Shown: one piece after another, positions 1 to 10,810 of the stretch | Position numbering within the stretch: position 1 is the stretch's first letter | How the letters are laid out: each line of letters begins with the position of its first letter | NCBI RefSeq assembly: GCF_006345805.1 | Contig: NW_021824257.1 | Span: 1 to 18,164 of the forward strand | Reading direction: 5' to 3' | Origin: Octopus sinensis | Taxonomy: Eukaryota | Length of the DNA stretch: 18,164 nucleotides | Notes under the pieces: generated by a model | Told to the model about the DNA's origin: nothing | The model's input: the letters and a program-made list of their open reading frames with translations, nothing else | Database searches by the model: none | Translations under genes and position numbers: made by a program

Positions 1-1080
1 CTAGCCAATAGTGACTTCAAAGATAAATTAATATATAATCCTCTAATAATCAAAATATTAAAATGGGTCTCATGGGATCAAAGATCATTTAGTAACTAAC
101 CACTCTAGTGTTTATCAGGATAATAAGAGCCTGAAAATAGGCTGAAGGAGATTATTTGGTTCGCCACTCTGTATTAACATAAATCTAAACATTAGTAAAA
201 TATTCTGCTCGCCCTAGACAAACTCCTAGACAGCCTCTCGTGGAAACAGGAAAATATTTAATAAGAGTTCTGTGAAATTATCATTTAGTTAGAGTCCCAT
301 TATGAAGAGCATCATTACACGTGGCCAACACACCAGCACCTGAATCTAGCTACAGCTGTCGCGATCCAGGATCCTGCAACTTGACCAATGATACACGACT
401 AAATCGATAATATATGAGGCAGAAGTTACTACACTATAAATAATAATTCAACTGATGAGGAGACCTATGCTGGATTACGTGAATGATAATTTACAAATCA
501 CTATGCCAATCACGTAACCTCCTTCCGACATACTGACAAAAGTAAAGCTAACAAGTCGGGTAGCTACGTATGGACTTTAAAAGATATTGACTCAACGCAT
601 GTGATTAAATGGGAAGTAATTGAGAAATTCATACTTTATATGAATGGATCGAATAAATGTATAATTTCTTTGGCTGAATGAGCGCACATATTGTTCAGAT
701 CTAAGATTTCTAACCCTATTGAAATCGAGGTCAGAAAATTTTCAGTGATTACATGCATATTTATAAATATATTCTGAAGAATAGGGAAATTCCGCCTATT
801 CCTGACCGATTTCATATCTTTCCAGCCTTATCATTTACGGTCTAAGGGAGATAACTCTTAACTTTTTTACCTTTTACTTTTTATTGTTGACATTTTAGTT
901 TCTGTTTTACGTTTCCCGTTTTCAGTTTTCCGTTGTTTACTGTCTGCGTTTTTTATATGCAGCATTCTCGGTATTTTCGCATTACTTCTATTATTCTATT
1001 TCTTTAGTTCGTTATAGTATGTGGTTTGCGCCTGAAGAATATGTTTGAGAACTCTCAACACATGAAACTATTCTAGCGAT
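1..1080 (+). mobile_element. Degraded Penelope-like retroelement 3' portion (RT C-terminus/linker, GIY-YIG endonuclease, 3' UTR)
   Basis: Manual translation across frameshifts and stops gives PLE motifs in the expected order: IIWF (151-162), KIFNKSSVKLSFS*SPIMKSIIT (251-319), YSCRDPGSC (from 351), KSIIYEAEVTT (401-433, GIY-equivalent), TYAGL (463-477, YIG-equivalent), NHVTSFRH (508-531), YVWTLKD (565-585), IKWEVIEK (604-627), YMNGSNKC (637-660). The coding remnant ends near 777. The element is truncated by the window start. Confidence 0.85.
1026..1079 (+). ncRNA. Degenerate minimal hammerhead ribozyme-like motif at the PLE 3' end
   Basis: CTGAAGA at 1032-1038; hairpin ATGT-TTGAG/CTCAA-(C)-ACAT at 1041-1063; GAAAC at 1064-1068; then TATTC. 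Stem III has a C-U mismatch and stem I (TTGCGC/TAGCGA) is mismatched at its base, so the motif is probably inactive. Confidence 0.4.
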
Positions 1081-1168
1081 TTGATTCATGTATTGCAGCC
1101 TTTTAATAAATATTATCTATTTCTCACCAGATAGAGTACTGTTTTCTATCACGGAACAGTACATTCAC

Positions 1169-1232
<64 letters not shown>
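1169..1232. repeat. (TA)n microsatellite
   Basis: Direct reading. Confidence 0.95.
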
Positions 1233-1235
<3 letters not shown>

Positions 1236-1399
1236 TGAAGGGATTCCAAATTTCATTTTCACCTTTTATTTACAATCTTATAACAATGTATAAGAAATCA
1301 TAATATAATGAATGAAATGATAGAATGTTAAATGTTCATTCTGATGGTACTTTTCTACATGAAGAAATGTAATCTACATGTTCATGTAGTAATGGGTGA

Positions 1400-1820
1400 C
1401 AGTTATGTTTTACTATTTACAACTGTGGCGAGATGGCTAAACTGTGTGCCTTAAATGCATTCGCATTTAATGTTTCAGTCATCTCAGTAGGTTTGCCTTG
1501 ATTCACTCACGAATCCTTTGTATCAATTCGTCAAGAGTTCGAAGACGATGTCGAAAAACGTTGTTATTTACGTATTCCCAAACGAATAAGTCAGAAGTGG
1601 TTCAATCTGGTGAAGTTGCCGGCCACCCCACGTCTCCCCACAAAGCTCTTGAGTAACTGATGATGAGTAGTCAAATGGTAAAACCTAAAACGAAAAAGCG
1701 GGTTTTTGATAAGTAATGATGAGGAGAAAATGGTCGATCTTAGACATTCAGGTAAATCCATCTTGGCCATCCATATTTTGCCAACCTCCAAACCTTCATT
1801 CTCTAAATGAGGAAGATCTT
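1400..1820 (-). mobile_element. Tc1/mariner-superfamily transposase remnant (catalytic C-terminal half)
   Basis: The minus strand gives IW..QDG (QDG at 1757-1765), FVGRRG, then WPATSPD*TTSDLFVWEYVNNNVF..RTLDELIQRIRE (WPATSPD at 1605-1625). This matches the WPxxSPDLxPxDFxxWxY..TLxEL..RI signature of mariner-like transposases. It is frameshifted and contains stops, and the boundaries are approximate. Confidence 0.7.
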
Positions 1821-1832
1821 TATGCTTTCTCT

Positions 1833-1846
1833 GTATATATATATAT

Positions 1847-1922
<76 letters not shown>

Positions 1923-1963
1923 ATTATACATATATATATATATATATATATATCATATATATA

Positions 1964-2005
<42 letters not shown>

Positions 2006-2193
2006 TAGATAGATAGATAATAGACGATAGATAAATATATAATATATATATATATATATATAGATAGATTGACAGATAGATAGATAGATAGATAGATAGA
2101 CGATAAATAGATAGATAGATAGATAGATAGATCGATAGATAGATAGATAGATAGATAGATAGCTAGATAGATAGATAGATAGATAGAGAGATA
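1833..2193. repeat. Compound microsatellite: (TA)n 1833-1962 followed by (GATA)n 1965-2193
   Basis: Direct reading. Confidence 0.95.
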
Positions 2194-2224
2194 GGGGGTA
2201 GGGTGGTTTGCTGTCAGTTTCTGT

Positions 2225-2322
2225 CGGACAAATCCGATCAAAGTCTTGTCACCGAGGCCGAAGTAGAAGACACCTGTTCAATGTGCTCTGCAGTGGAAAA
2301 TAATCCCGGAACCAAGTGGTAA
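2225..2322 (-). mobile_element. Degraded tRNA-derived SINE 5' portion
   Basis: The minus strand reads GGTTCCGGGATTATTTTCCACTGCAGAGCACATTGAACAGGTGTCTTCTACTTCGGCCTCGG. This is a decayed B-box-like head followed by a GGCAAGTGTCTTCTACTATAGCC-like core that I recall as a common octopus SINE. Recognition is from memory, not a search. Confidence 0.55.
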
Positions 2323-2329
2323 GTGGTAA

Positions 2330-2345
2330 ATATATATGTTTATAT

Positions 2346-2382
<37 letters not shown>

Positions 2383-2550
2383 CTCTATATTATAATATAT
2401 ATATATATATATGTATGTGTGTATGTATGTATGTATGTAGTATGTATGTATGTATGTATGTATGTATGTATGTATGTATGTATGTACGTACGTATGTATC
2501 TATGTAAGTATGTATGAATATTTGTATGCATGTATGCATGTATGTATGTC
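2330..2550. repeat. (TA)n plus (TATG)n microsatellite
   Basis: Direct reading. Confidence 0.95.
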
Positions 2551-4493
2551 AATATTCAGTTTATTTTCAAAAATTATTGCCGATAGAGAAGGCGAATGTC
2601 TGGAGTGAAAGTCTTTCAATTTTCAGTGTTCATGAATTGAACTCTGTATGTATCATACGCGCGTAGACGTATAAATGCATAGTTTCCCTGGTTACGCCAC
2701 CCTGATGAGAATCAAAATGCACTGAGTATTTTCCTTCACAGTAAATGAAGTGTCATTTTCATTTACTAATTCTCCACCTTTTCAATTCTCGCAAACTAAT
2801 AAGAAACTATGTGTAAAATATTCGAAAGAGTAAAGTGAAATATTCACACATTCAGTCTGCTATATGAAATATATGTTCTCGTAATGCAAGAGTTAAATGT
2901 ATATCTCGTTTTTCTGCTTTAATACATGTATAATTATCGAATCAATTGATGTTTTCTGATTTATTTTTTGTGAATATGTAAAAGATTCGTCACATATTTA
3001 ATGTAAATATTTTCTGGTTCAGTTTGGTACATGACACAAGCGACTAACTTTCAAAAGATATTGGATCATGGCAATAGTTGCAACCACTCACTATCAAACG
3101 AATTCGGTGAATAACATTTGTTTGTTTATTTATATACGCATATACGTGTTGTTATATTCAATGGCTCTGCGTGTTGAAGCGAATAAATATATGTACACGC
3201 CGAATCGATTATCTATTCGTGCGAAACATAGCTAAATAATAAATCCTCTCTATTCTGCTATCAGAAAGCAGCCATTAAATAACAATAATGATATCATTAA
3301 GATAGTAATTTTTTTTATCAATTGGTATATTATCACGCAGTTTAAAAGTTTGGCTTATGAAATCAATTTCCTCTGAAATTTATCACTAATTAATATATCA
3401 CACATAAATGAATTTGATATAGGCAATGCATTTTATCATTAATAGGTTGTTAAATGAGGGAAGATACTTCAAACATATAATAAAACTAAATATATGACTG
3501 AGCTATCAGAAACTATCTAGGTCAGCTTTGTTATAGCAGGATCTCCATCAATATTTATCAATAATTTAAATCTTTATAATACATTCAGGAAATGCAGCGT
3601 GCAATATTTGAAGCTAGCCTTATAATAAATGCAAACTGTTTACACCAGTATGTGTGCATTTAAGAATATATATGTTTATATATGTGTGTGTTCTTATGTG
3701 TTTGTTGAGCGAGACAGACAGAAAATCATTCAGAAAAGATATCCCAGTAAACACAGAAAAACTTATCTTCGGACAAATTCAGTAACGCTCACTCATGCAA
3801 ACACACTCACATAGGCACTCGCTTTTTTTTTCATGTAGAACCCACAGTCCAGTAATAATTGCCGCTAAATTATTCCTTCCTCCCCGTTGAGTTTAAAAAT
3901 ATAAATTGTATACAATGCTAATTACTTTAACCTGCACAATGTCAATGAACTCAGAAAAAGGTTGTACCTAACGGTCACACTAGGCATCTATTGGTCACGC
4001 TTTAATTCCTATATTATGCCTTAACAAGAATAATATTGGAGGTGACGTCGCAGTTTACGCTATCTCAGACATCACGGGACGAAGGCATTTGAATTCATCT
4101 TGGGGTTATATAATCTATGTTAGATTAAATCGTTCTACGGTGAGCTGAATTCTTTTGAATGTTAATTAGACTACGGTATGGTGGAAAATACTGTGGGGAA
4201 TGTTTATTGATTGTATTGAAGATGCGTTATAATTAGAAATGTTCTCATACCTGTAAAACTTTGTTATCAGGTGTATATATTTACTTGCATCATCTACAGA
4301 ATATAGGGGTTCACGAAAAACGTTGCTGGGTTGCTGGTTAGCTGAATCGTAAGTTTCAGTTTCTAGCAAAGGTACTTACATCATTTTAGTACAAAATATA
4401 TACCGTCTAAATACTAACAATCTGCCCTTATAAAAATGATCAAAAAATTACAGATCATACGGTTTAGACAGAAAGCGTTTACCACAAAGCCAG

Positions 4494-4494
<1 letters not shown>

Positions 4495-4550
<56 letters not shown>
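4495..4550. repeat. (CA)n/(TA)n microsatellite
   Basis: Direct reading. Confidence 0.95.
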
Positions 4551-4551
<1 letters not shown>

Positions 4552-4777
4552 GTTACTAAAGATATGGATTTTAAACATGCAAGATCTATTAATATAATTC
4601 TAATATATTTAGTATGGTGAAAATCTATAGTTTTTGCAACTGAAGATGGCACTGCACTTAACCTGATGTAATGCTTGCAATGTCCGATTAAATGTAGCAG
4701 CTTGAACCGGTCGTATTGCTTTCATACGTGTCAACCTGTTACTTATTTTATTCAACTCACTTCGAACTGTTCAGATG

Positions 4778-4834
4778 ATACATATATATATACGCATACA
4801 TGTATATATATATATGTATATATATCTATATATA

Positions 4835-4865
<31 letters not shown>

Positions 4866-4914
4866 TATATATATAATTATATACATATATATTATATATA
4901 TATATATATATAAG

Positions 4915-4954
<40 letters not shown>

Positions 4955-5003
4955 ACATATATACATATATATATATATGTGTGTGTGTGTATATGTATAC
5001 ATA
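4778..5003. repeat. Compound (TA)n/(TACATA)n/(TG)n microsatellite
   Basis: Direct reading. Confidence 0.9.
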
Positions 5004-5101
5004 TATGGAAAACAATTAATTTGGGAAAAATTAAACGAAAAAGATTTTAAAAGAATATTTGCATAGTATTCAAACACAAGTAACATTGACTTTGTTTCTA
5101 C

Positions 5102-5133
<32 letters not shown>

Positions 5134-5178
5134 TTCTTGTTTAATCTTGTGTGTTCGGGGTTGTTGTGAATTCTTGGT

Positions 5179-5358
5179 AGAAGAAGAAAAAGAAGAAAAA
5201 GAAGAAGAAAAGAAAAAGAAGAAAACAAGAAGGAGAAAAAGAAGAAGAAGAAAAAGAAGAAGAAGAAAAAGAAGAAGAAGAAGAAGAAGAAGAAGAAGAA
5301 GAAGAAGAAGAAGAAGAAGAAGAAGAAGAAGAAGAAGAAGAAGAAGAAGAAGAAGAAG
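5179..5358. repeat. (GAA)n polypurine tract, ~180 bp, degenerate on the left and pure on the right
   Basis: Direct reading. It is the source of the spurious poly-Arg/Glu/Lys ORF. Confidence 0.95.
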
Positions 5359-5361
5359 GGA

Positions 5362-6045
5362 GAATAAGAGGGAAAATAGGTAGTATGAAAGTAGGAAGTT
5401 GTTAAATTTTCAAATGACTTTAAATTGGCATGTTATAGATCATAGCAGTGATTGGAACTGCTTTTAATGCATTCTTGGGAATCTCTTGAGAGGATCATTT
5501 TTAATATCCATGTGTGTATAAGTGTTATTGTAAAGTCATGGAGGATATATCGCTTGTTGACATATCCAACACGTAGACCCGTTCAAATGGGAATATGTAT
5601 TGTGTAATAAAGAGAGTTTCTACTAATTCGTTGGCTCCACGTTGAATCGTCCCGAATTGGTAGAGGGAAAAAATTCTGAAGCTTCGATTTTTGTTATTGT
5701 CTCAAACGTCTGTGTGTTGGCTGAATGTTATTTTTCTGTTTTGGGGAATTTTGATCTGGGATCTGTGCAGAACCATTCTTTTACGTAGACTGTCTTTTGT
5801 TTCGCCTATGTATTGCTCTTGACACCCAGAGCAGGTTAGTGTGTATATCAGGTTTGACGCATATCCCACTGTTGACTCTTCTGCATTTTTTCTGACGGCT
5901 TCTGTGTTGCTGAGCGTATTCGAGGTTGTGTTAGGAGACTTTTCATAGATTTGGGCGGTCTATGGATTTTTATGATGCTGTGTGTTTGGAGGATTAAGTT
6001 CAATCTGTTGTCCAAGTAATACAGCGGGTGAATTGCGTTATGATG
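5362..6045 (-). mobile_element. Penelope-like element 3' fragment with GIY-YIG endonuclease (Neptune-like)
   Basis: Minus-strand translation: ASNLIYTLTCSGCQEQYIGETKDSLRKRMVLHRSQIKIPQNRKITFSQH (NLIY at 5843-5854, YIGET at 5798-5812). It is preceded by RPPKSMK and a KCRRVNSGIC linker motif in another frame. It contains stops and frameshifts. Confidence 0.9.
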
Positions 6046-6053
6046 CTGTTACT

Positions 6054-6084
<31 letters not shown>

Positions 6085-6101
6085 CACACACAACACACAA
6101 C

Positions 6102-6140
<39 letters not shown>

Positions 6141-6158
6141 ATATATATATATATATAT
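6045..6158. repeat. (CA)n/(TA)n microsatellite
   Basis: Direct reading. Confidence 0.95.
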
Positions 6159-6555
6159 TATTAGTGAATTGAAGAAATGGAGTGAACGAAGATTGAACAG
6201 AAATCGTTTTATTGCATTCTACACGTGTTTCGAAAGACACAATTTACCAAATTCCGATTGAATAAGGAGACCATATTGTGTCTTTCTCTTCAGGAAGAGA
6301 TAGGAAATCCTTTGGAAAAAACAAAAACAGAACAGAGGCGGAGCAAAACAAAACGAACGAGGCTCCTAAGAGCCCATGGCCAAACTGTTGAATTTCTTCA
6401 ATTCACTAATAATATTAAAATTCAATTATCCGCAACAACGCACGGTTGCAACACCATATGGTTGTACCTCCAACCGTGCTGTCTTCTGCTGTGATTTTTG
6501 CTACCAAGGTATCGGTTAAACTTTTGATTAATCTGCAACAAGATTATTCATCTTT
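6155..6555 (-). mobile_element. Small non-coding HHR-bearing element (retrozyme/PLE pLTR-like) between two microsatellites
   Basis: About 400 bp of unique sequence bounded by (TA)n and (CA)n/(TA)n. It contains the HHR at 6217-6296, a perfect 24-bp inverted repeat (6155-6178 / 6392-6415) and additional hairpins. Confidence 0.55.
6217..6296 (-). ncRNA. Type I hammerhead ribozyme with canonical core and long stem II
   Basis: Minus strand: UUC-CUGAAGA-GAAAGACACAAU-[31 nt]-AUUGUGUCUUUC-GAAA-CACGU-GUA-GAA. All core nucleotides are intact. Stem II is a perfect 12 bp (6232-6243 / 6275-6286), stem III is palindromic (ACACGUGU), the cleavage triplet is GUA, and stem I is only 3 bp. Confidence 0.8.
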
Positions 6556-6560
6556 CTATT

Positions 6561-6609
<49 letters not shown>

Positions 6610-6616
6610 TATATAT
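6555..6616. repeat. (CA)n/(TA)n microsatellite
   Basis: Direct reading. Confidence 0.95.
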
Positions 6617-6889
6617 AAGAAAATAAGTAACAAGGATATCAAAGGAAGTGAAGTACAATCGTTGCATGCTATTTCATTTTTTTTAAACAATGTAAGTATT
6701 ACATTAGTTTTAAAATTCAGAGCAATCTTCAGCCACATATAGAATTTCTTTATTAAATAGACAATGTAAATTTTTATATTCATTCCATTTGCCAACATTA
6801 CAAAGAGGGTAGATATATAGACAGAGAGGTTAGTTTCATCATTAAGAACATGGTAGAAGAAGGTCGTTCCCCATGGGCAGATTGTTATC

Positions 6890-6891
<2 letters not shown>

Positions 6892-6949
<58 letters not shown>

Positions 6950-6966
6950 ATATATATTATTATATA
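6892..6966. repeat. (TA)n microsatellite
   Basis: Direct reading. Confidence 0.95.
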
Positions 6967-7937
6967 AGGAAGCATATTCTCTATCCCCCGGTATTCGAGT
7001 AGTACTTACTTTCAACTTACTTCATATCTACGTGGTTACTCTGGTATATATAAATACACAATTATTTACACAGATACGTACACACACACATGCGCGTGCG
7101 CACACACACATATACACAAACACTCTCTGTCTCTCTTACCAGACAGGCACGTCTGTGCCTATATATCTATACAGTTATTTATCTCCATTTTTAGTGTTTC
7201 GATGAAATACTTTTGAAATATCTTATTACGAATATTTATAATTATGTTCAACTTGTTTGCAAGATATATTGCCGACAATTGTAATTATTTTATCCTATTT
7301 TACATGGCTGTATTACTTTATACCATAATATACTGTGATTTGAAAATAACGCCATCTGTATCTATATTAGAAAAGAACAATTTATGTATATTTAAAGTCT
7401 CTGTACCTTCTATCGCGAAATTTAATGAGAGCCTCTTTCTACCTGACTGCCATCAGCAAGTAGACTATTACTAACAAAGTAATATATGCGCAACATTTTA
7501 GGTCTAATAACGCTTGCAAAACCGCTCACAGACTCTCTCTTTCCTCTCATGCATAGGACAGTGAGTGATGGAGTTGGAACTGTTGCCCCACCAGATGAAT
7601 TCTCTGGGCCCCAACACCAATTACCAACTGGTGTACAAACGTCTAAATAACATGGATTAAGATGCTGCAGCTCTCCAATGGCAGCTCGTATACTAATTGA
7701 CATCCAACAACTATCTGTTGGTAAAGATAACTTGAGCCTATAGTCTAAGACACCTAGGCCTTTTCAGTTATCCAACATAACGATGCAGATGTCTTCACTT
7801 AATGCCTTGAACAGGAGATTCAACGATGCTAGCATTCGTCCAAGATCCCACCTCAGTCTACGGTTGTAAGTGGCAACTAACTATCTCTTTTACGGCTTGC
7901 AAATTATGTGGATGGTGTACCGCACCATGCGTATCAT

Positions 7938-7938
7938 A

Positions 7939-7972
<34 letters not shown>

Positions 7973-8066
7973 TTGAAGGGCTTAGAAAGAAAAATATTTG
8001 ATGTTATGTTAAATGTCATGATACAAACATACATATATATGTATAAAAATAATATGTATATACATG

Positions 8067-8118
<52 letters not shown>

Positions 8119-8188
8119 CATATATGCATATTACATATATATATATTACATATATCTATACATATATAAACATATATCTATACATATA

Positions 8189-8235
<47 letters not shown>

Positions 8236-8311
8236 CTATACATATTATATATATGTATATATATATCATATATATATATATATATATAATATATTATATA
8301 TATTTATATAT

Positions 8312-8361
<50 letters not shown>
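7938..8361. repeat. Long degenerate (TA)n/(TACA)n region with a short unique interruption
   Basis: Direct reading. Confidence 0.9.
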
Positions 8362-8752
8362 CGCAAATGCCAGAACTGGGCGCCACTGCGTGGTGCCTAG
8401 GACTCCAAAACTGCCATCAAGATGTAGGACAAGATTCTGTGATAGCCTGGGCTTCCGAGGCCCACAGCTCTTCAATATCCTCCCGAAGAACCTGAGAGAC
8501 CTGCATGGGGTGGATACAGATGTCTTTAAATGAAGCTGGATCTCTTCCTGTCAGGTGTCCCAGGATGACCAACTTCACGGCAGGAGGGGCAGATGAGGGC
8601 AGCTGCATCGAACTCTCTTATGCACCAAATAGCAGTTGCTAGAAAGCCTCCATGAAGTGAAACCAAGTAGCAACACCAATGGCGGTTGCCCCGAGCATGG
8701 CCACAGCTCATAAGCTGAAACTAGAATCAATCAATCAATCAATCAATCAATC
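8362..8752 (+). mobile_element. 5'-truncated CR1/L2-group LINE 3' end with (AATC)n tail
   Basis: Translation [11 protein letters not shown]...[32 protein letters not shown], then after a frameshift KLDLFLSGV...SNSLMHQ. This is the GPxLFNxLP..FKxxLDxFL..SNSL C-terminus of CR1-like RTs. The tandem AATC tail is at 8725-8752. Confidence 0.9.
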
Positions 8753-8771
8753 ATATATATATATATATATA

Positions 8772-9000
8772 ATACATACGGGTACGGATGTCACTTAATG
8801 TAAACAACATGAAACACGAAAACAAGTGAGTTAAATACGGAAACAACGAGAGAAAAACGGACAAGTAATACAAAGAATGACCCATCATCAGTTGTGAGCC
8901 GTTTATCTAGTCTCCGTTTCGAGCAACAAAAGGAATATTTTCAAGCAAAATTTATTCGTCATCGTCTCTGTCTCCTTCCGTTTCGATATAAACTTCAATT
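8772..9000 (-). repeat. Interspersed repeat fragment (probable PLE-related), uncertain
   Basis: The sequence AATACGGAAACAACGAGAGAAAAACGGACAAG resembles a repeat I recall from octopus DNA. The minus strand has HHR-core-like words ATGACGA (8956-8962), GAAAC and CTGATGA (8885-8891) but no convincing stems. Confidence 0.35.
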
Positions 9001-9644
9001 ACCTTACTGCAAGGGGATTACTACGTTTATGTAGCGGATACATATTTTTCTTGTGTATTCGCTTTATTTTCCAGTATGTCACCTCGTTAAATCGCTTCAG
9101 CGTACAGCGTGTATGTTATATAAGGCATTACATTTAAGTTCTTGCTAAATACAAACCAAGAGACAAAAAATTCAACGAGATAACTACAAGGTAATTTATA
9201 TTATCGTTAGATTCACTGCTTATTCCTTCCAGAAATAACGAACAACGGTGCACGTTAAGAGACGAACCTAGAAACGGGAAAACAACAAAAACAAAACATT
9301 ATTCTGCTATCATATTGTATTTCATTTAATAAGAGATAGGTTAATTCCTTATTGATTTTTGATAGTAAAAAGTAAAACTAATGTAGGAATTGGCAGCCAG
9401 TAAAATTTCCGTTGTCGTCGACATTGTAATCTAGTCATAGGCATGACGCCATTTTCAGATAATTAATGTCTGACAAATAGGCAATACAAGAAATAAGAAA
9501 TTAGAAAACGAAAACAAAAAGAAAAATACAGCTATATAAATAATAAATAATTTTCATTAACTGTTAAACAATTACTAATGATTCCTATTTAATAAGGTTT
9601 CTGATCCAGAAGAAATATTTAGATATTTAAGGTCCGTTTAAAAC

Positions 9645-10025
9645 TATATATATATATATATATATATAACTGTGTTCGTGTGTGCGTGTGAGAGTGTGTA
9701 TATGCATGTATATGTATATATGTGTGCATACATATATACGTATTTACGTATATATACATATGCATACGTGTATATATCTATCTATCTATCTATCAATATA
9801 TATATAAATATATATAATATGTATATATATACATACGTATATATACACACACGCATATATATATATAATATATTGGTAAATGTATATGCATATAAGTACA
9901 CACATGTATGTATAATTATGTTCATGTGTATGTATATATCATGAGCATGAATACATGCGTAGATATGCATAAATTCACATTTACACAGCCTCACAAATGC
10001 ACACACACACGCACACACGCACACA
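9645..10025. repeat. Degenerate (TA)n/(TG)n/(TATC)n/(CA)n low-complexity region
   Basis: Direct reading. Confidence 0.85.
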
Positions 10026-10517
10026 CATTCTACTTCAAAAACAGAAGGTAGTTTCCCTTCCACCAAACCATATCTGACATCCACATAATTAAATTTTGAT
10101 ATTACACAAACATGCAACAAAACAAAACAGAACACAATTGTATGTTTGTTTGCTGCAACACAGAATGTAATTAAATATCTATATATTGTGTCCGAGGAGT
10201 GCCGATGTAACGACACATTTTGCTTACACAAATTGTTAATAGGAAATCGTGTTGCGAATGTCGTAAATGCATGTTTGTAAATAACTAAATAGTATTAGTG
10301 AACAAAACGCCTGTTATTGGATTAAAAATATCACACAATCACGTATGTACACAGACGTACACACACACACACATATATAGAGAGATAGATATACACATAC
10401 ATACTATATACATATATGTATGTATAAGTGTATATATATATATATATATTGTTATATTTCGGAATGGTCATATTGCCAGTTTAGCAAATAAAATCTTGCA
10501 CAACAAATATTCAAACG

Positions 10518-10561
<44 letters not shown>

Positions 10562-10753
10562 ATATATATTAATAAAAGGGCTTAGTAAAATAAATACTTT
10601 GCCGCATACTGAACTCATTAGAAATAGCAGCTAAAAAACTTTTTTAAAGCTATTTCTAATACTTAAAGAAAATCTCTCTCATATATAGTGTTTGCTTAAT
10701 TCAACTCACAAAAGTTTGGGGGTAAGGACATCGAAAAATCAAATGCTAGGTTA

Positions 10754-10810
10754 TTCGAGAACGTACGTTTCAAGATTAGTCAAAACAACATTTCTATCAT
10801 CGGCTCAGAA
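10754..10810 (-). ncRNA. HHR-like motif, copy A of the 540-bp unit
   Basis: Reverse complement of the motif at 11692-11748. Confidence 0.35.

Noticed and set aside
484-681. In-frame TGA codons in the first PLE as possible selenocysteine
   Set aside because: They do not fall at Cys-equivalent positions and sit among TAA/TAG stops and frameshifts, which fits ordinary decay.
1657-2730. Isolated CTGATGA words at 1657-1663 and 2702-2708 (HHR core or snoRNA box C)
   Set aside because: There is no stem II followed by GAAA-NUH, and the CTGA after 2708 is too close for a C/D snoRNA.
4029-4320. Possible LINE APE endonuclease remnant (GGDVAVY at 4038-4058, VGNVY)
   Set aside because: Two short words only, with no continuous frame or GDFN motif. 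This is too weak to call.
5147-5383. Poly-Arg/Lys/Glu ORF resembling a protamine
   Set aside because: It is entirely explained by the (GAA)n tract.
7640-7935. Possible restriction-like endonuclease (CRE/R2-type) C-terminal remnant on the minus strand
   Set aside because: There is only vague resemblance ([15 protein letters not shown]) across several frames, and the diagnostic QRGNA motif is absent.
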